Shown here: positions 48,417-58,562 of the stretch, in pieces
Position numbering within the stretch: position 1 is the first letter of the stretch
Layout of the letters: every line of letters starts with the position of its first letter
Virus record (IMG/VR): IMGVR_UViG_3300021185_003145
Coordinates: 27,667-91,666 of that record
Reading direction: 5' to 3' (one strand)
DNA length: 64,000 nt
Origin: a virus
The notes under the pieces: model-generated
Database searches by the model: none
What the model was told of the DNA's origin: nothing
The model's input: the letters and a program-made list of their open reading frames with translations, nothing else
Made by a program: the position numbers and the translations under genes

Positions 48417-49430
48417 TTATAGATTCCTGTATATTTCCATTAATAAATTACTGTCGTACAACTCACTTTGTACTGCGGTAAGTTGACTGTATACAATACT
48501 ATCAACACTTTCAAAGTTAATTTCTACTTGCTCATCATAATCTGTTTCAACGTTCTTTTGTGGTAATAGTGCAAGTTCTCTTACATCATATTGCTCATAA
48601 AATGTTTCTTTTATAAAGTTTGCTTCTTCATAACTGATATCAATATCCAAGTTAATTCTTGCATACGTTTTAGGTAACAATAGTTTATCTGGATTATCAA
48701 GTAAGTCACTAAGTTTTAGCACACGATACTTTGGAGCATCATGCCATTTATGAAATACATGTGGTTTGTCCCATTCAAGTATCATTGCACCTCTATCATC
48801 GTCCCATGCATCTGAATAGTTGTGCGGAAAAGCATTACCGATGTAACTTATGTTTCCTACTTCTTGTCTTTTGTGAAAGTGCCCAGTAAACATACGTTCA
48901 ACACCTTGAAAGTGGTTGTTCTTTAGTTCACCGTGATCGGGCATTTGTATCATTGCGTTCATATAAAAACTAGGAAGTTCAAAATGTCCTAGCATATACT
49001 TTGCTTCAATCTTTTTAATTTGTTTCCACTCGTCGCCAACGAGCCACGGAACAATAGCAACATCACCTTCAATTGTAATGTCGTTAAACAATCTTACGTT
49101 TGGTAAATGCTTAACCCAGGCTACACTATTGAAATCACGTTTATCTCTATAATACTCATCATGGTTGCCAGGCAAAAATATTACCTGATCAAACGCATCA
49201 CTAAGTTTAGTCATAGCCATAATACTGTAATTTAGTGTAGCAACGTTTATACTTGCTCTGTGATGGTGCCAGTCGCCAAGAAATAAACAAGTTTCTGCTC
49301 CTTGTTCTTTTCCTAGTTTAATAGCCCACTCAACAAATGCTACACAATCTTCGTTATGTGCATATGCATTACTTTTGTTGCCAAAGTGTATATCCGTAAA
49401 AACTACTGCTTTCTTGAATAAGTTACTCAT
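48417..49430 (-). CDS. gp47: SbcD/Mre11-like recombination nuclease (gp47)
   Basis: DIHFG, LGDW, GNHD, GHFE, GHFH metallophosphoesterase motifs. Confidence 0.95.
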   Translation of the reverse strand: MSNLFKKAVVFTDIHFGNKSNAYAHNEDCVAFVEWAIKLGKEQGAETCLFLGDWHHHRASINVATLNYSIMAMTKLSDAFDQVIFLPGNHDEYYRDKRDFNSVAWVKHLPNVRLFNDITIEGDVAIVPWLVGDEWKQIKKIEAKYMLGHFELPSFYMNAMIQMPDHGELKNNHFQGVERMFTGHFHKRQEVGNISYIGNAFPHNYSDAWDDDRGAMILEWDKPHVFHKWHDAPKYRVLKLSDLLDNPDKLLLPKTYARINLDIDISYEEANFIKETFYEQYDVRELALLPQKNVETDYDEQVEINFESVDSIVYSQLTAVQSELYDSNLLMEIYRNL

Positions 49431-49462
49431 ACAAGTCCTATCATGCTTCTGAAATATACGTT

Positions 49463-49491
49463 ATTGTATAGGTTTTTTGAGTAAAGAGCAA
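49463..49491 (-). promoter_or_regulatory. TTGCTC-N17-TACAAT promoter of gp47/46 operon
   Basis: exact 17-nt spacer in the intergenic gap. Confidence 0.6.
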
Positions 49492-49492
49492 C

Positions 49493-50326
49493 CTATTTTT
49501 TGTCTCTAGGTGCCACTAATTTAGATTCTTCAGCAATCCTGTTATTCCATTCACTGTTATGTTGTCTGGTATAACTTGGTGTTAAATCATTCATTTCAAG
49601 TATATCATCACGTATGTTTTGATTACGTTTCTCAATGTTTAGTACTCTTGTAAAACTATTTGTAATAGCGGCAGTATAATAAGCAAACGGGTTTTGACTT
49701 TTTGATTCGTCAAATTGTAAACCGATCTGTGCAAGTTGTACAAGTGCTTGTCCACGCATTTCGTCAACATATGTATAACCACGCCAGTTATATCTATGAC
49801 TGTAACGCTCGCACAGTTTCATGTACATGTTTGCAAGTTTGGTTGATGTTTTTCCATGATCCTGACTAAAGTAACCATTCTCCATTCCGCCAACCCAATG
49901 ACTTTTTGCCACTAGTTGTAGTTCTCCGTCGTCATCATGTCTATAATGCTGATATGGAGGAAACAAACACTTGGTATGATGGTCTGCAACTGTTTTAGGA
50001 GTTTTTTTACGTCCTGGTTCTAATGGAATATGTTCAAATGTCATTACACGGAACACTAGTTCACTTAACTTAAAACTTTCAGGATCAACTGCAAAGTCTG
50101 CCATTTTTAATTTTTTGTTATCATTTTTTTCAAATGCCGCACGTTGTAATCTATCAGCCCGTGCTTTGCGAGCTTCTTTGATAGCAGATTTGTCAATAGC
50201 GGCTACACTTAGTACAATACAATCAACGTCTTTTGCTTCAATATCAATATATGATCCGTAACTTGTTTTACTTTTGTGTATTTCTTTTAATAAATCTCTG
50301 TTATTAAGATAGTTTTTTGTTGCCAT
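49493..50326 (-). CDS. gp55: late-transcription sigma factor (gp55-like)
   Basis: NYLNN..LL, NWRGYTY.DEM, FDESKSQNPFAYYT, IEKRNQ. Confidence 0.88.
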   Translation of the reverse strand: MATKNYLNNRDLLKEIHKSKTSYGSYIDIEAKDVDCIVLSVAAIDKSAIKEARKARADRLQRAAFEKNDNKKLKMADFAVDPESFKLSELVFRVMTFEHIPLEPGRKKTPKTVADHHTKCLFPPYQHYRHDDDGELQLVAKSHWVGGMENGYFSQDHGKTSTKLANMYMKLCERYSHRYNWRGYTYVDEMRGQALVQLAQIGLQFDESKSQNPFAYYTAAITNSFTRVLNIEKRNQNIRDDILEMNDLTPSYTRQHNSEWNNRIAEESKLVAPRDKK

Positions 50327-50355
50327 AAAGGAATTCCTTATAATTATATGTGTAC

Positions 50356-50384
50356 ATTATAACGTAAATAAATACATAGAGCAA
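50356..50384 (-). promoter_or_regulatory. TTGCTC-N17-TATAAT promoter of gp55, overlapping plus-strand late TAAATAAATA (50365-50374)
   Basis: both elements read directly in the 73-nt divergent gap. Confidence 0.65.
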
Positions 50385-50399
50385 GAGGTATTTTATATA

Positions 50400-51335
50400 A
50401 TGGGTAGAATTTTAAATAGTAAAGGCGATGTACAATACACTGCCAAAGGCAAGCCAGTTTCGCAATTAGCAAAAAACAAAGGTGTAACAACGTCAACTGT
50501 TCCATCTTATGCAAGTTACGGCGAGTTTGCAGACAAAAATCCAATGGCTGCCAAAATTGCAGGCGGTATATTTCCTGGCATAAAAGATATAGCAGGTGGC
50601 GGTGCTCCTGATATTGGCAGACTATTTGGTGCTGGTATTACTAAAGGCGCTAGTGCTAATAAAAAAGGCGCAGCAATGAGTACTAGTTACCCGGTTGTTG
50701 GTAATAAAAATTCAGACCATAGAGTAAGACTTAGTTTACCTCCTAAAAGTAAAATTTTATATAATGGCAGTACTGGCGGTTTAATTTCACCGTTAGCAGA
50801 GACAAATGGAGTTGTATTTCCTTATACTCCTGCTATTACATTTCAACATCAAGTTGATTATTCAAGAACAAGTCCTACACATAGTAATTATCCTTTTAAT
50901 TTCTATAGTAATAGTGCAGTACAAGACATATTAATAACAGGGACGTTTACTGTTGATTCAGGTCCTGATGCAATCTATGTGATGGCAGTAATACAATTTT
51001 TAAGAACAATTACAAAAATGTTTGGAGAAGCGGATGGAGCTCTTGCAGGTAACCCACCTCCAATTATGAGATTAAGTGGACACGGACAACATTTAATGCC
51101 AAACATTCCTTGTGTTGTTAACAACGTATCGATTACACTACCAGCAGAAGTAGACTATATGGCAATACCAGGTTTATCAGCAGGGGGTTTTGATAGTTCA
51201 CCAGGAACAACTCGTGTACCAAGACAAACAGAAATAAGTGTAGGCGTTACACCGGTTTACAGTAGAAATCAATTAAGAGAATTTGGTTTAGATACACTTG
51301 CAAGTGGAGCCGGTAGTTCAAAAGGATTTATCTAA
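50400..51335 (+). CDS. baseplate/tube-associated protein (gp48/54-like)
   Basis: GVVFPYTP, THSNY, GNPPP..LSGHG, PCVV, VTPVYSR tube-fold pattern. Confidence 0.65.
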   Translation: MGRILNSKGDVQYTAKGKPVSQLAKNKGVTTSTVPSYASYGEFADKNPMAAKIAGGIFPGIKDIAGGGAPDIGRLFGAGITKGASANKKGAAMSTSYPVVGNKNSDHRVRLSLPPKSKILYNGSTGGLISPLAETNGVVFPYTPAITFQHQVDYSRTSPTHSNYPFNFYSNSAVQDILITGTFTVDSGPDAIYVMAVIQFLRTITKMFGEADGALAGNPPPIMRLSGHGQHLMPNIPCVVNNVSITLPAEVDYMAIPGLSAGGFDSSPGTTRVPRQTEISVGVTPVYSRNQLREFGLDTLASGAGSSKGFI

Positions 51336-51484
51336 TGGAACAAAAAGTAACCGAAGGCGATGTACAAGCAGGTATAGAATTCATATACCACATGCGAGAA
51401 CACTTAGTAGACGTAGGCGTAGCAACTGCATACTTGTTTGCTTGTTATGGCATTTACCTACTAATGAAGAAATATATAAAGTAA
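51335..51484 (+). CDS. 49-aa single-TM protein MEQKVTEGDVQAGIEFIYHMREHLVDVGVATAYLFACYGIYLLMKKYIK
   Basis: ATG overlaps upstream stop (TAATG) and fills the gap to 51494; below ORF-track cutoff. Confidence 0.7.
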   Translation: MEQKVTEGDVQAGIEFIYHMREHLVDVGVATAYLFACYGIYLLMKKYIK

Positions 51485-51493
51485 GGAAACACT

Positions 51494-51793
51494 ATGGCGT
51501 ACAGTAACACTAGCCCTTATTATAAAACTGGAATAAATGCTAACAGGCAACTAGAGACATTAACACCTCGACCAATTAGTGCTTCAGTAGGTGACCAAAT
51601 ATTAACAATCAACACCACATATGAATATCGTCCAGACTTGCTCGCGAGTGACTTATACGATAATCCAAAGTTATGGTGGGTATTTGCACAACGTAATCCA
51701 AATGTAATTCATGACCCAATATGGGATATGAAGCAAGGAGTTAGTATATTCTTACCCGAGCAAGAACGACTATTTAATGATTTAGGAATATAA
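51494..51793 (+). CDS. baseplate wedge protein (gp53-like, LysM-type)
   Basis: YRPDLLA.DLY..PKLWWVFA.RN. Confidence 0.82.
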   Translation: MAYSNTSPYYKTGINANRQLETLTPRPISASVGDQILTINTTYEYRPDLLASDLYDNPKLWWVFAQRNPNVIHDPIWDMKQGVSIFLPEQERLFNDLGI

Positions 51794-51794
51794 C

Positions 51795-54527
51795 GTGGCA
51801 CTTCAAAACTTAGTAAATGGCTTGGGTAAACTAGTACCAGAAAGTCAAAAAGAAGCATACAATAAAGATGCTGCGGCCGCAATGAAACATATGAATGCAC
51901 TAACTGGCGGTCCTGGCGGAAAGTCACAAGGTATTGCTGGTTCCGGTTCAGGCGGTAAAGAAAAAATAGGAGATCCTACTAAGAAACAATATAAACAAGT
52001 TGTTACTAAAGGTATAGACAAAGATGGATTTTCATATACAGAAACAAAACGTGTAGAAATTACTCCAACAAAAAAAGAGGCTCCGGTTGTAACTAAAGAT
52101 GTTGCAACTAAGAATGTACGTCTCAGCCAAGCAGACGATGATTCTGAGCTAAGTGATGAGGCAATTGAAGTACTAGAAAGATCACAAACAAAAGATACAA
52201 CTAAAATTCCAGCACTGTTTAAGAAAAACGTATTACATGAATATGCAAGTTATACATATCATTTTGAGTTGTTTGTTTTAGGAGTAGATGATTTTAATAA
52301 TTTTGTAGAAGACCCTAAGTTTACTGTTGAAGACTTACCCGGACGCCTATTAATTAAATCAGGTGGCGGTAGTCAAAAGAATAGAAACAAATTTTTTAAG
52401 TTAGATTACTTTATTGATGATGTTGAGATTGCTAGTAAAATTGCACCGGGTGCCGGTAATGTTGGAAGTGTAAACACAGAAGTTAGTTTTACAGTTACAG
52501 AACCATACGGAATGACATTACTCAACGGACTTGTAATGGCAGCTAAAGAAATGGGCGGTTATAACTATACTAATCAACCATATTTGTTAAAAGTAAGTTT
52601 TAAAGGATATGACAAAGACGGCGTGTTAATTGAAAAAGCATCCGCTGAATCAACAAGATATATTCCTATAAAAATAAAAAAGTTTACGTTTGGAGCAACT
52701 GAGGCAGGCACAGTTTACAACATTGAATGTGTACCTTATCATAGTTTAGCATTAGAAAATACTAAAGCAACAATTAAAACTGATGTTAAAGTTAATGCAA
52801 CTACTATTGGAGAATTTCTAACTAGTGATATTACAACATTTACCAAGTACAGAAAGAAGATAACAAATCCAATGGGCGACCCAGAGGATATAGTAGACGC
52901 AATCAGATCAGACGTTGTACAAGGTGGACTTGCAGGTTATTTTAATTTAATTGAAAAAGAGCAAGTAAAACAAGGAACTAAACTATACGCTGACGAATAT
53001 GAATTTGTAGTAGATCCTGATATTTCTACATCAACTATTACATTACAAGATGTTGTTGAATATAGAAAAATTAAAAATGAAAACGATCCTGCTAAAAAGG
53101 CACAAGGTCAGTTCTTAAAAAACTTTAATTATAATGAGTCAAAGCAGTCTTATTCAATACGTGCAGGTACAAACCTAATACAGTGTATTCACAGTATAAT
53201 GAGAACAAGCACATACATGACAAACCAAGTTAAGAACGATAACTTGCAATTAGTACCTGACAAACAATTTAGTCAGTATAAAGAAAATGAAGACACACCA
53301 ATTAACTTTTACAGAATTGTTCCTAAGATTACACTACTAGATAAGTGGGACACAAAGCGAAATTGCTTTGCAAGAAAAATGACCTATACAATTAAAAAGT
53401 ATAACATGCACGGTAAAGACTTTGAAAACTTTGGTCAGGCACCTATTAAGGACGTTGTTAAAGATTATAAATACCTATACACAGGACAGAACAACGACAT
53501 ATTAAATTTTGACATTCAGTTTAATAGTGCGTATTACCAAAAAAACTTATATCAAATTGCAGAAAAGGCAAAAAAGTCTCCAACACAAAAGTCTGCATAT
53601 GATCCATCAGATTTTGCCGCAGGTAATTTAGCCAAGACAGATGCTAACTCAGTTAGTGTTATTGCTCCATTTAATAAAGAAGCAGTAATAGATGTTGGAA
53701 GTTCAAAAGGAATAAGCGATCCTAGAAGCGACCCACGTTCAATGATTGTTGATAACTTTATGCAAGATGTATTTTCAACAGGTGCAGATTTAATTGAAGT
53801 ATCTCTTGAAATTATAGGAGATCCTGCTTTTATACAATCACAAGATTTAAGAATAGTAAGCAATGCTACATCAGAAGCACCAACTTACTTTCCAGATGAT
53901 AAATCTTTAAATCCAGACAGAGAGTGGCATTTGTCATTATCATTTAGAAACCCAGAAGATATTAATACCGAAACAGGATTGTATAGCGGATTTGGACATG
54001 ACAAAGATGGACTTGCAGAAGTTACTGCACCTACTATGAATGGCATATACAAAGCCGTTGAAGTTGATAGTAAATTTACAGGTGGTAAGTTTACACAGAG
54101 TATAAAAGCAATTAGAGAAAGAGGCAGACAGTTATCTGATTTTGTTGATAAGTCTGAGGGCCAGAAGCGTGTCGAAAGTGTAAAAGAAATTAATCAGCGT
54201 GTGGATTTAAAAATTAAACAAACTCCGGATATTAAATCTCAACTTACAAAAGCAATACAAAATAATAGTCCTGGTAACCCATTTAGTGCAGCCAACAAAC
54301 TAGAACCTGATAGTTTTGATAAAACAATAACAGGATCCAATGCAGTTAAGAATGCAATAGACAAAGCAGGTAGTTTAGGAAAAGCATTTCCACCCGGTGA
54401 TGTTAATAGCATAGGTGAAGGCGTAGAAGCAATTACAGGTGGTTGGTCACCTAAACCAGGCACTATAGCAAAGGCTAAAAAAGCAGGAACAAATCTGCTT
54501 AAAAGTGCTAGGACAATAGCAACATGA
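51795..54527 (+). CDS. large baseplate hub-like protein
   Basis: 910 aa; NVLHEYASYTY, VTEPYG, YTGQN.DI, LEIIGDP, F..GKFTQ; between gp53-like and gp5-like genes. Confidence 0.65.
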   Translation: MALQNLVNGLGKLVPESQKEAYNKDAAAAMKHMNALTGGPGGKSQGIAGSGSGGKEKIGDPTKKQYKQVVTKGIDKDGFSYTETKRVEITPTKKEAPVVTKDVATKNVRLSQADDDSELSDEAIEVLERSQTKDTTKIPALFKKNVLHEYASYTYHFELFVLGVDDFNNFVEDPKFTVEDLPGRLLIKSGGGSQKNRNKFFKLDYFIDDVEIASKIAPGAGNVGSVNTEVSFTVTEPYGMTLLNGLVMAAKEMGGYNYTNQPYLLKVSFKGYDKDGVLIEKASAESTRYIPIKIKKFTFGATEAGTVYNIECVPYHSLALENTKATIKTDVKVNATTIGEFLTSDITTFTKYRKKITNPMGDPEDIVDAIRSDVVQGGLAGYFNLIEKEQVKQGTKLYADEYEFVVDPDISTSTITLQDVVEYRKIKNENDPAKKAQGQFLKNFNYNESKQSYSIRAGTNLIQCIHSIMRTSTYMTNQVKNDNLQLVPDKQFSQYKENEDTPINFYRIVPKITLLDKWDTKRNCFARKMTYTIKKYNMHGKDFENFGQAPIKDVVKDYKYLYTGQNNDILNFDIQFNSAYYQKNLYQIAEKAKKSPTQKSAYDPSDFAAGNLAKTDANSVSVIAPFNKEAVIDVGSSKGISDPRSDPRSMIVDNFMQDVFSTGADLIEVSLEIIGDPAFIQSQDLRIVSNATSEAPTYFPDDKSLNPDREWHLSLSFRNPEDINTETGLYSGFGHDKDGLAEVTAPTMNGIYKAVEVDSKFTGGKFTQSIKAIRERGRQLSDFVDKSEGQKRVESVKEINQRVDLKIKQTPDIKSQLTKAIQNNSPGNPFSAANKLEPDSFDKTITGSNAVKNAIDKAGSLGKAFPPGDVNSIGEGVEAITGGWSPKPGTIAKAKKAGTNLLKSARTIAT

Positions 54528-55861
54528 GTACAACCACACAACAGTTTTTTAATAGGATTGATCCAGACCTCGACGTAATGAAAAAACGTCAGATTGTTGA
54601 TCCAGGTCCTTATGAAGGTATTATTAAAAACAACAGTGACGTGTTAAGAACAGGACGTATTGAAGTATACATTCCAGCATTTGGCGGTCCTGAACAAGCA
54701 ACAAACAGTTGGATACCAATACAATGGAGTACACCATACTACGGCAAAACAGATAAAGACAATATAGGTAAAGATCAACTTGATGGCATATACAGTTACG
54801 GAATGTGGATGTCGCCACCCGATCCAGGAGTTAGAGTTGTTGTAACTTTTCTTGAAGGTGTTAAAGATAAAGGTGTTTGTATAGGTTGCTTGATTGATGA
54901 TATGAGTAATCATATGACTCCAGGTATTCCTAGTAGTAAAAACTGGATTGAAGATCCAAAAGTATTTGATATTTTACCAGCAGCAGAAACTGGCAGAGAT
55001 ATTTTACCGGTTATTGAAAGAAACCCAAAATTTAAAGATGAAACTAGAAGCACACTAGGTGTACTACAAAGACCAGTTAATATTCCTTTATTAAAAATAT
55101 TTAAACAACAAGGGTTATTAAACGATACAGTACGTGGACAAAGTTTTAGTAGTAGTCAAAGAGAAAACAATAGTTCAGTTTATGGAATAAGCACTCCGGG
55201 AAGATCTGTACACACTGATCCAGCAACTAACATTCAATTAAAAGAACGAATGGAAGAAGGAACTGCAACTGAAGAAGATTTAAAAGTTAAGGAACGTTTG
55301 CCAGGTCACATGTTTATTATGGACGACGGCGATGTTGAAGGTGATAGTAACTTGATTCGTTTAAGAACAAGTACAGGACATCAAATCTTAATGGACGATA
55401 AAAAAGGTATTGTATATGTTGCAACTGCAAGTGGTAATGCTTGGATTGAAATGGACAACACTGGAAATACAAATGCCTATAGTGCAGGAAACTTTAGTGT
55501 ACATTGCGAAGGAACATTTAATGTACAAGCAGGTGGTAATATTAATTTAGAAGCAGACATGAACGTAAATATAAAATCAAAAGAAGCCGCAGTAAAAATA
55601 CATGCTGAGGATGGAACAATAGATGCAGTAAGTGAAAAAGGAACTTATATACAAAGTGAAGGACCTTTGCATGTTAGAACTGCTGAAGATCAAAAGTTCA
55701 CTGCATTAGATAGTGACATACATCATAACGGACCAGAGGCAACAGTTGCGTCAACACCGACAACAAATGATTTAGTAGGATCTAACAATAACAAAGATGT
55801 ACTAAGCAGTATTGCCAATGTGGTTCCAGAACATGAGCCTTGGAGTAGAGGAGACGAATAA
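54524..55861 (+). CDS. gp5: baseplate central spike (gp5/VgrG-like)
   Basis: D...GRI.V.IP OB-fold, SYGMW..PPD, GH..MDD, RT.GHQI, beta-helix repeats, HEPW; no lysozyme domain seen. Confidence 0.82.
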   Translation: MSTTTQQFFNRIDPDLDVMKKRQIVDPGPYEGIIKNNSDVLRTGRIEVYIPAFGGPEQATNSWIPIQWSTPYYGKTDKDNIGKDQLDGIYSYGMWMSPPDPGVRVVVTFLEGVKDKGVCIGCLIDDMSNHMTPGIPSSKNWIEDPKVFDILPAAETGRDILPVIERNPKFKDETRSTLGVLQRPVNIPLLKIFKQQGLLNDTVRGQSFSSSQRENNSSVYGISTPGRSVHTDPATNIQLKERMEEGTATEEDLKVKERLPGHMFIMDDGDVEGDSNLIRLRTSTGHQILMDDKKGIVYVATASGNAWIEMDNTGNTNAYSAGNFSVHCEGTFNVQAGGNINLEADMNVNIKSKEAAVKIHAEDGTIDAVSEKGTYIQSEGPLHVRTAEDQKFTALDSDIHHNGPEATVASTPTTNDLVGSNNNKDVLSSIANVVPEHEPWSRGDE

Positions 55862-56826
55862 TGCCATTTAATTTTGCCGGTAGAGCATTTAACTTTGATA
55901 TGGATGCCGACGTGGCAACCAACTTAACAAAACTAACAGAGGGTGCAAACAAAACACTTAAACTAGGCGGAGATTCCTGTAACATTATGGGAACTATTGG
56001 CGCAATTACACCAGATATTAAAACTGCAATTACGGCTGCTGAAACAGAAGTAAAGACTGCAGAAATGTTAACAAAGACACAAGACGCCGCAGGACAGTTA
56101 ACTGAAGCAATGAGTAGTATAATTGCTTCTAAAGAAACTGCAACTAGCAAGATTGATCAAGTAAACGCATTACTAACAAAACTAACTGATGCTGGCAAGA
56201 TAGAGATGAAATCAAAACTTGAACAAGCATTTATCGATTACATGGATGCAGTTGACGGTAAAGCAACTAAAGTAAATGCATCAGCAGGAAGTGGTATAAT
56301 GATTCCTGTACCTGTAATGGATGATGACGGACATCCAACGTATGATGAGTTTGGCGATCCTATTACAGAAATGAAAACACCAGGTGATGCTATTGCAGAT
56401 GCAATGACAAAAGCAGAAGAAAAACTTAACGTGTGTGTTGAAAAATTAGGTGACATGGTTAGTGTTACAGGCGGATTAAGTTGTAAAGGAATACAAGAAG
56501 CAATGCTCAACAGTAAGTTTGAAGCAAGTGGAACAGTAGGCGAAGCAACTAAAGAAGTTAAAAGTAAAGTGCCAAGACACACTAGACGTATACAAGATAA
56601 TGGCACACTTGTTAATTTTAATATTGATCGTAAAAAGCCTTTTAGAGATGTTGTTGAAACATTGCAAGTAAGAAACCTAAGTGCAAATGAAGAAGCAGGC
56701 GAAAGTCCGTTTGAAGAAAAGACAACATTAATTAGAGTATACGGAACTGAAGCACAGTTGAATAAACGTTACGGTGCAAAAGTTGAAGAGATACCTGAAG
56801 AAGAAGTGGAGAAAATAGCGTTATAA
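55861..56826 (+). CDS. hypothetical protein
   Basis: 321 aa helical protein, translationally coupled to gp5-like gene. Confidence 0.75.
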   Translation: MPFNFAGRAFNFDMDADVATNLTKLTEGANKTLKLGGDSCNIMGTIGAITPDIKTAITAAETEVKTAEMLTKTQDAAGQLTEAMSSIIASKETATSKIDQVNALLTKLTDAGKIEMKSKLEQAFIDYMDAVDGKATKVNASAGSGIMIPVPVMDDDGHPTYDEFGDPITEMKTPGDAIADAMTKAEEKLNVCVEKLGDMVSVTGGLSCKGIQEAMLNSKFEASGTVGEATKEVKSKVPRHTRRIQDNGTLVNFNIDRKKPFRDVVETLQVRNLSANEEAGESPFEEKTTLIRVYGTEAQLNKRYGAKVEEIPEEEVEKIAL

Positions 56827-57794
56827 TGGCATTAAAAAATTACATGATAAAGCCTAACCTTAAAGTTGTTAACTTCAATATTGATTATAAGTTGCCAAGC
56901 AAAGAGGTTGAGTACAATAAAACACAAGTAATGATGTATGGCAGAACTGCTGACATCGACAAACGTTTTCCAAACGGTAAAGAAAAAGTAGTTGAGGCTA
57001 AGACAGGAACACCAGATCCAAGTGCAGACATTCCTGTATTTGGAGGTCCGCTTATTCCAGTCAGTCTTAGTGCGGCAGTAGGCAAAGCAACTAAGAATAT
57101 GAAAGCAGTAGCCGGTGTTGCACTAAGCAGTGTAAACGGTATGGCTAGTGGACTTGAATCATTAAAGGATGGAAGTGTTGCTGAAATGGTAGCACTTGCA
57201 AAACTTGATGCGGCTATACTTGAAGCACAAGCAGAACTTGGAGAAATATCAGTAGGTAACAAAGACAAATTAAGTATGGGACTAGAAACTGATATTATAA
57301 AAGCACAAGGAATTAAAACACCAGGAAACTTAGGTGATGCACTTAGTATGGGAGACCCTAGTGGTTCTATTGGTAAGTTTGCAGGCATTGACGGAGCAAT
57401 GGCGGCAACTAAAGGATTATCACTTCCAGGAGTTTCAAAAGCAGTTGACTCAGCAGGAGCATTGAGCTTTGATGGAGTTAACAAGTTGCAAGGTTTTAGA
57501 GACATTGTAGAAAACGTTGATGTAAAAATTACAAGTCTTTCAGATCTAAGCTCGTTCAGTGACATTGCTAATAGCATAACTGAAACAACCGAATCATTTG
57601 CAAAAATGGCAAGAACAACAAGAGTATACGGAACTGAGACAGATTTAAATAATGCATTTGGGGTTGATGACTTTGCCAATGTTTCATCTCGCAGATCAGT
57701 AAAAGAAGCACCTCGACCAAGTAATAACTTATCTATTGCTAGGAAAACTTGGAATAGTATTTCTAACAAATGGACTGACACAGGAGCGGCATAA
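56826..57794 (+). CDS. hypothetical protein
   Basis: 322 aa, coupled; shares VNFNID/YG motifs with upstream gene. Confidence 0.75.
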   Translation: MALKNYMIKPNLKVVNFNIDYKLPSKEVEYNKTQVMMYGRTADIDKRFPNGKEKVVEAKTGTPDPSADIPVFGGPLIPVSLSAAVGKATKNMKAVAGVALSSVNGMASGLESLKDGSVAEMVALAKLDAAILEAQAELGEISVGNKDKLSMGLETDIIKAQGIKTPGNLGDALSMGDPSGSIGKFAGIDGAMAATKGLSLPGVSKAVDSAGALSFDGVNKLQGFRDIVENVDVKITSLSDLSSFSDIANSITETTESFAKMARTTRVYGTETDLNNAFGVDDFANVSSRRSVKEAPRPSNNLSIARKTWNSISNKWTDTGAA

Positions 57795-58105
57795 TGGGAA
57801 GACCAGTAGCAAGACTCGGTGATAGAACATTTGGAACGTGCAGTCACCCTAGTCATATTCCATTAAAAATTGGTGGCACTATTATTACTGCAAGTCCAGA
57901 CGACATAACAAACAATAAAGGTACTGCTAGATTAGGTGACTTAGTTTTAACTGACTGTGGACACCACGGTGAGATTATTACAGGCAGTCCTAACGTACTT
58001 GCTAATGATAAACCAGTTGCAAGACTAGGTGATAAAATAGCAAACAAGGCACCTTACGTTGCAGAAATAGTAACTGCTAGTCCTGATAGACTTGCAGAAG
58101 AGTAA
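57794..58105 (+). CDS. PAAR-like spike tip protein
   Basis: PVARLGD, TARLGD, PVARLGD repeats with C/H ligands. Confidence 0.9.
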   Translation: MGRPVARLGDRTFGTCSHPSHIPLKIGGTIITASPDDITNNKGTARLGDLVLTDCGHHGEIITGSPNVLANDKPVARLGDKIANKAPYVAEIVTASPDRLAEE

Positions 58106-58127
58106 AAAAGCATAGGTAAATATTGAT

Positions 58128-58502
58128 ATGGCAAACTATTACGGTTACACAAGCATTGGAAGAGATTTTGTAGATACTGCGGCAACAGACCAAGTATTAA
58201 TTCGTGCTGATCTAATTAATCATTTTAATACAAGATTAGGCGAACGATTAATGAATCCTGAGTTTGGTTGTATAATATGGGATTACATTTTTGATCCTTT
58301 TACTGATGAAGTAAGATATGCAGTTATTGAAAACTTGCAGAATATTGTTGAATCAGATCCGAGGATAGTATTAAGATCGTTAGATGTTGCAGAGTATGAA
58401 CATGGGCTGCAAGTAGAGTTAGCAATAGCATATGCCGATGGTGACTATAGCGAAGACATGGTAGTTACGTTTGATAGTCAAAGTGGAAAAGCAACTGCTT
58501 AA
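58128..58502 (+). CDS. gp25: baseplate wedge protein (gp25-like)
   Basis: GERLMNPEFG..IWD..F.P, DPR motif. Confidence 0.9.
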   Translation: MANYYGYTSIGRDFVDTAATDQVLIRADLINHFNTRLGERLMNPEFGCIIWDYIFDPFTDEVRYAVIENLQNIVESDPRIVLRSLDVAEYEHGLQVELAIAYADGDYSEDMVVTFDSQSGKATA

Positions 58503-58562
58503 TAATATACGCACTTTATAAAACGCATAAATACTACAATATAAGGAACTGGGTATATTTAA

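Noticed and set aside
51298-51507. 69 aa ORF from the track
   Set aside because: Overlaps both neighbours; the 49 aa ORF in another frame fits the gap with translational coupling
56885-57856. 323 aa antisense ORF (and many similar ones, e.g. 14456-15061, 37635-38282, 10361-10843)
   Set aside because: Shadow ORFs opposite well-supported genes, explained by codon bias; no RBS or recognisable motifs
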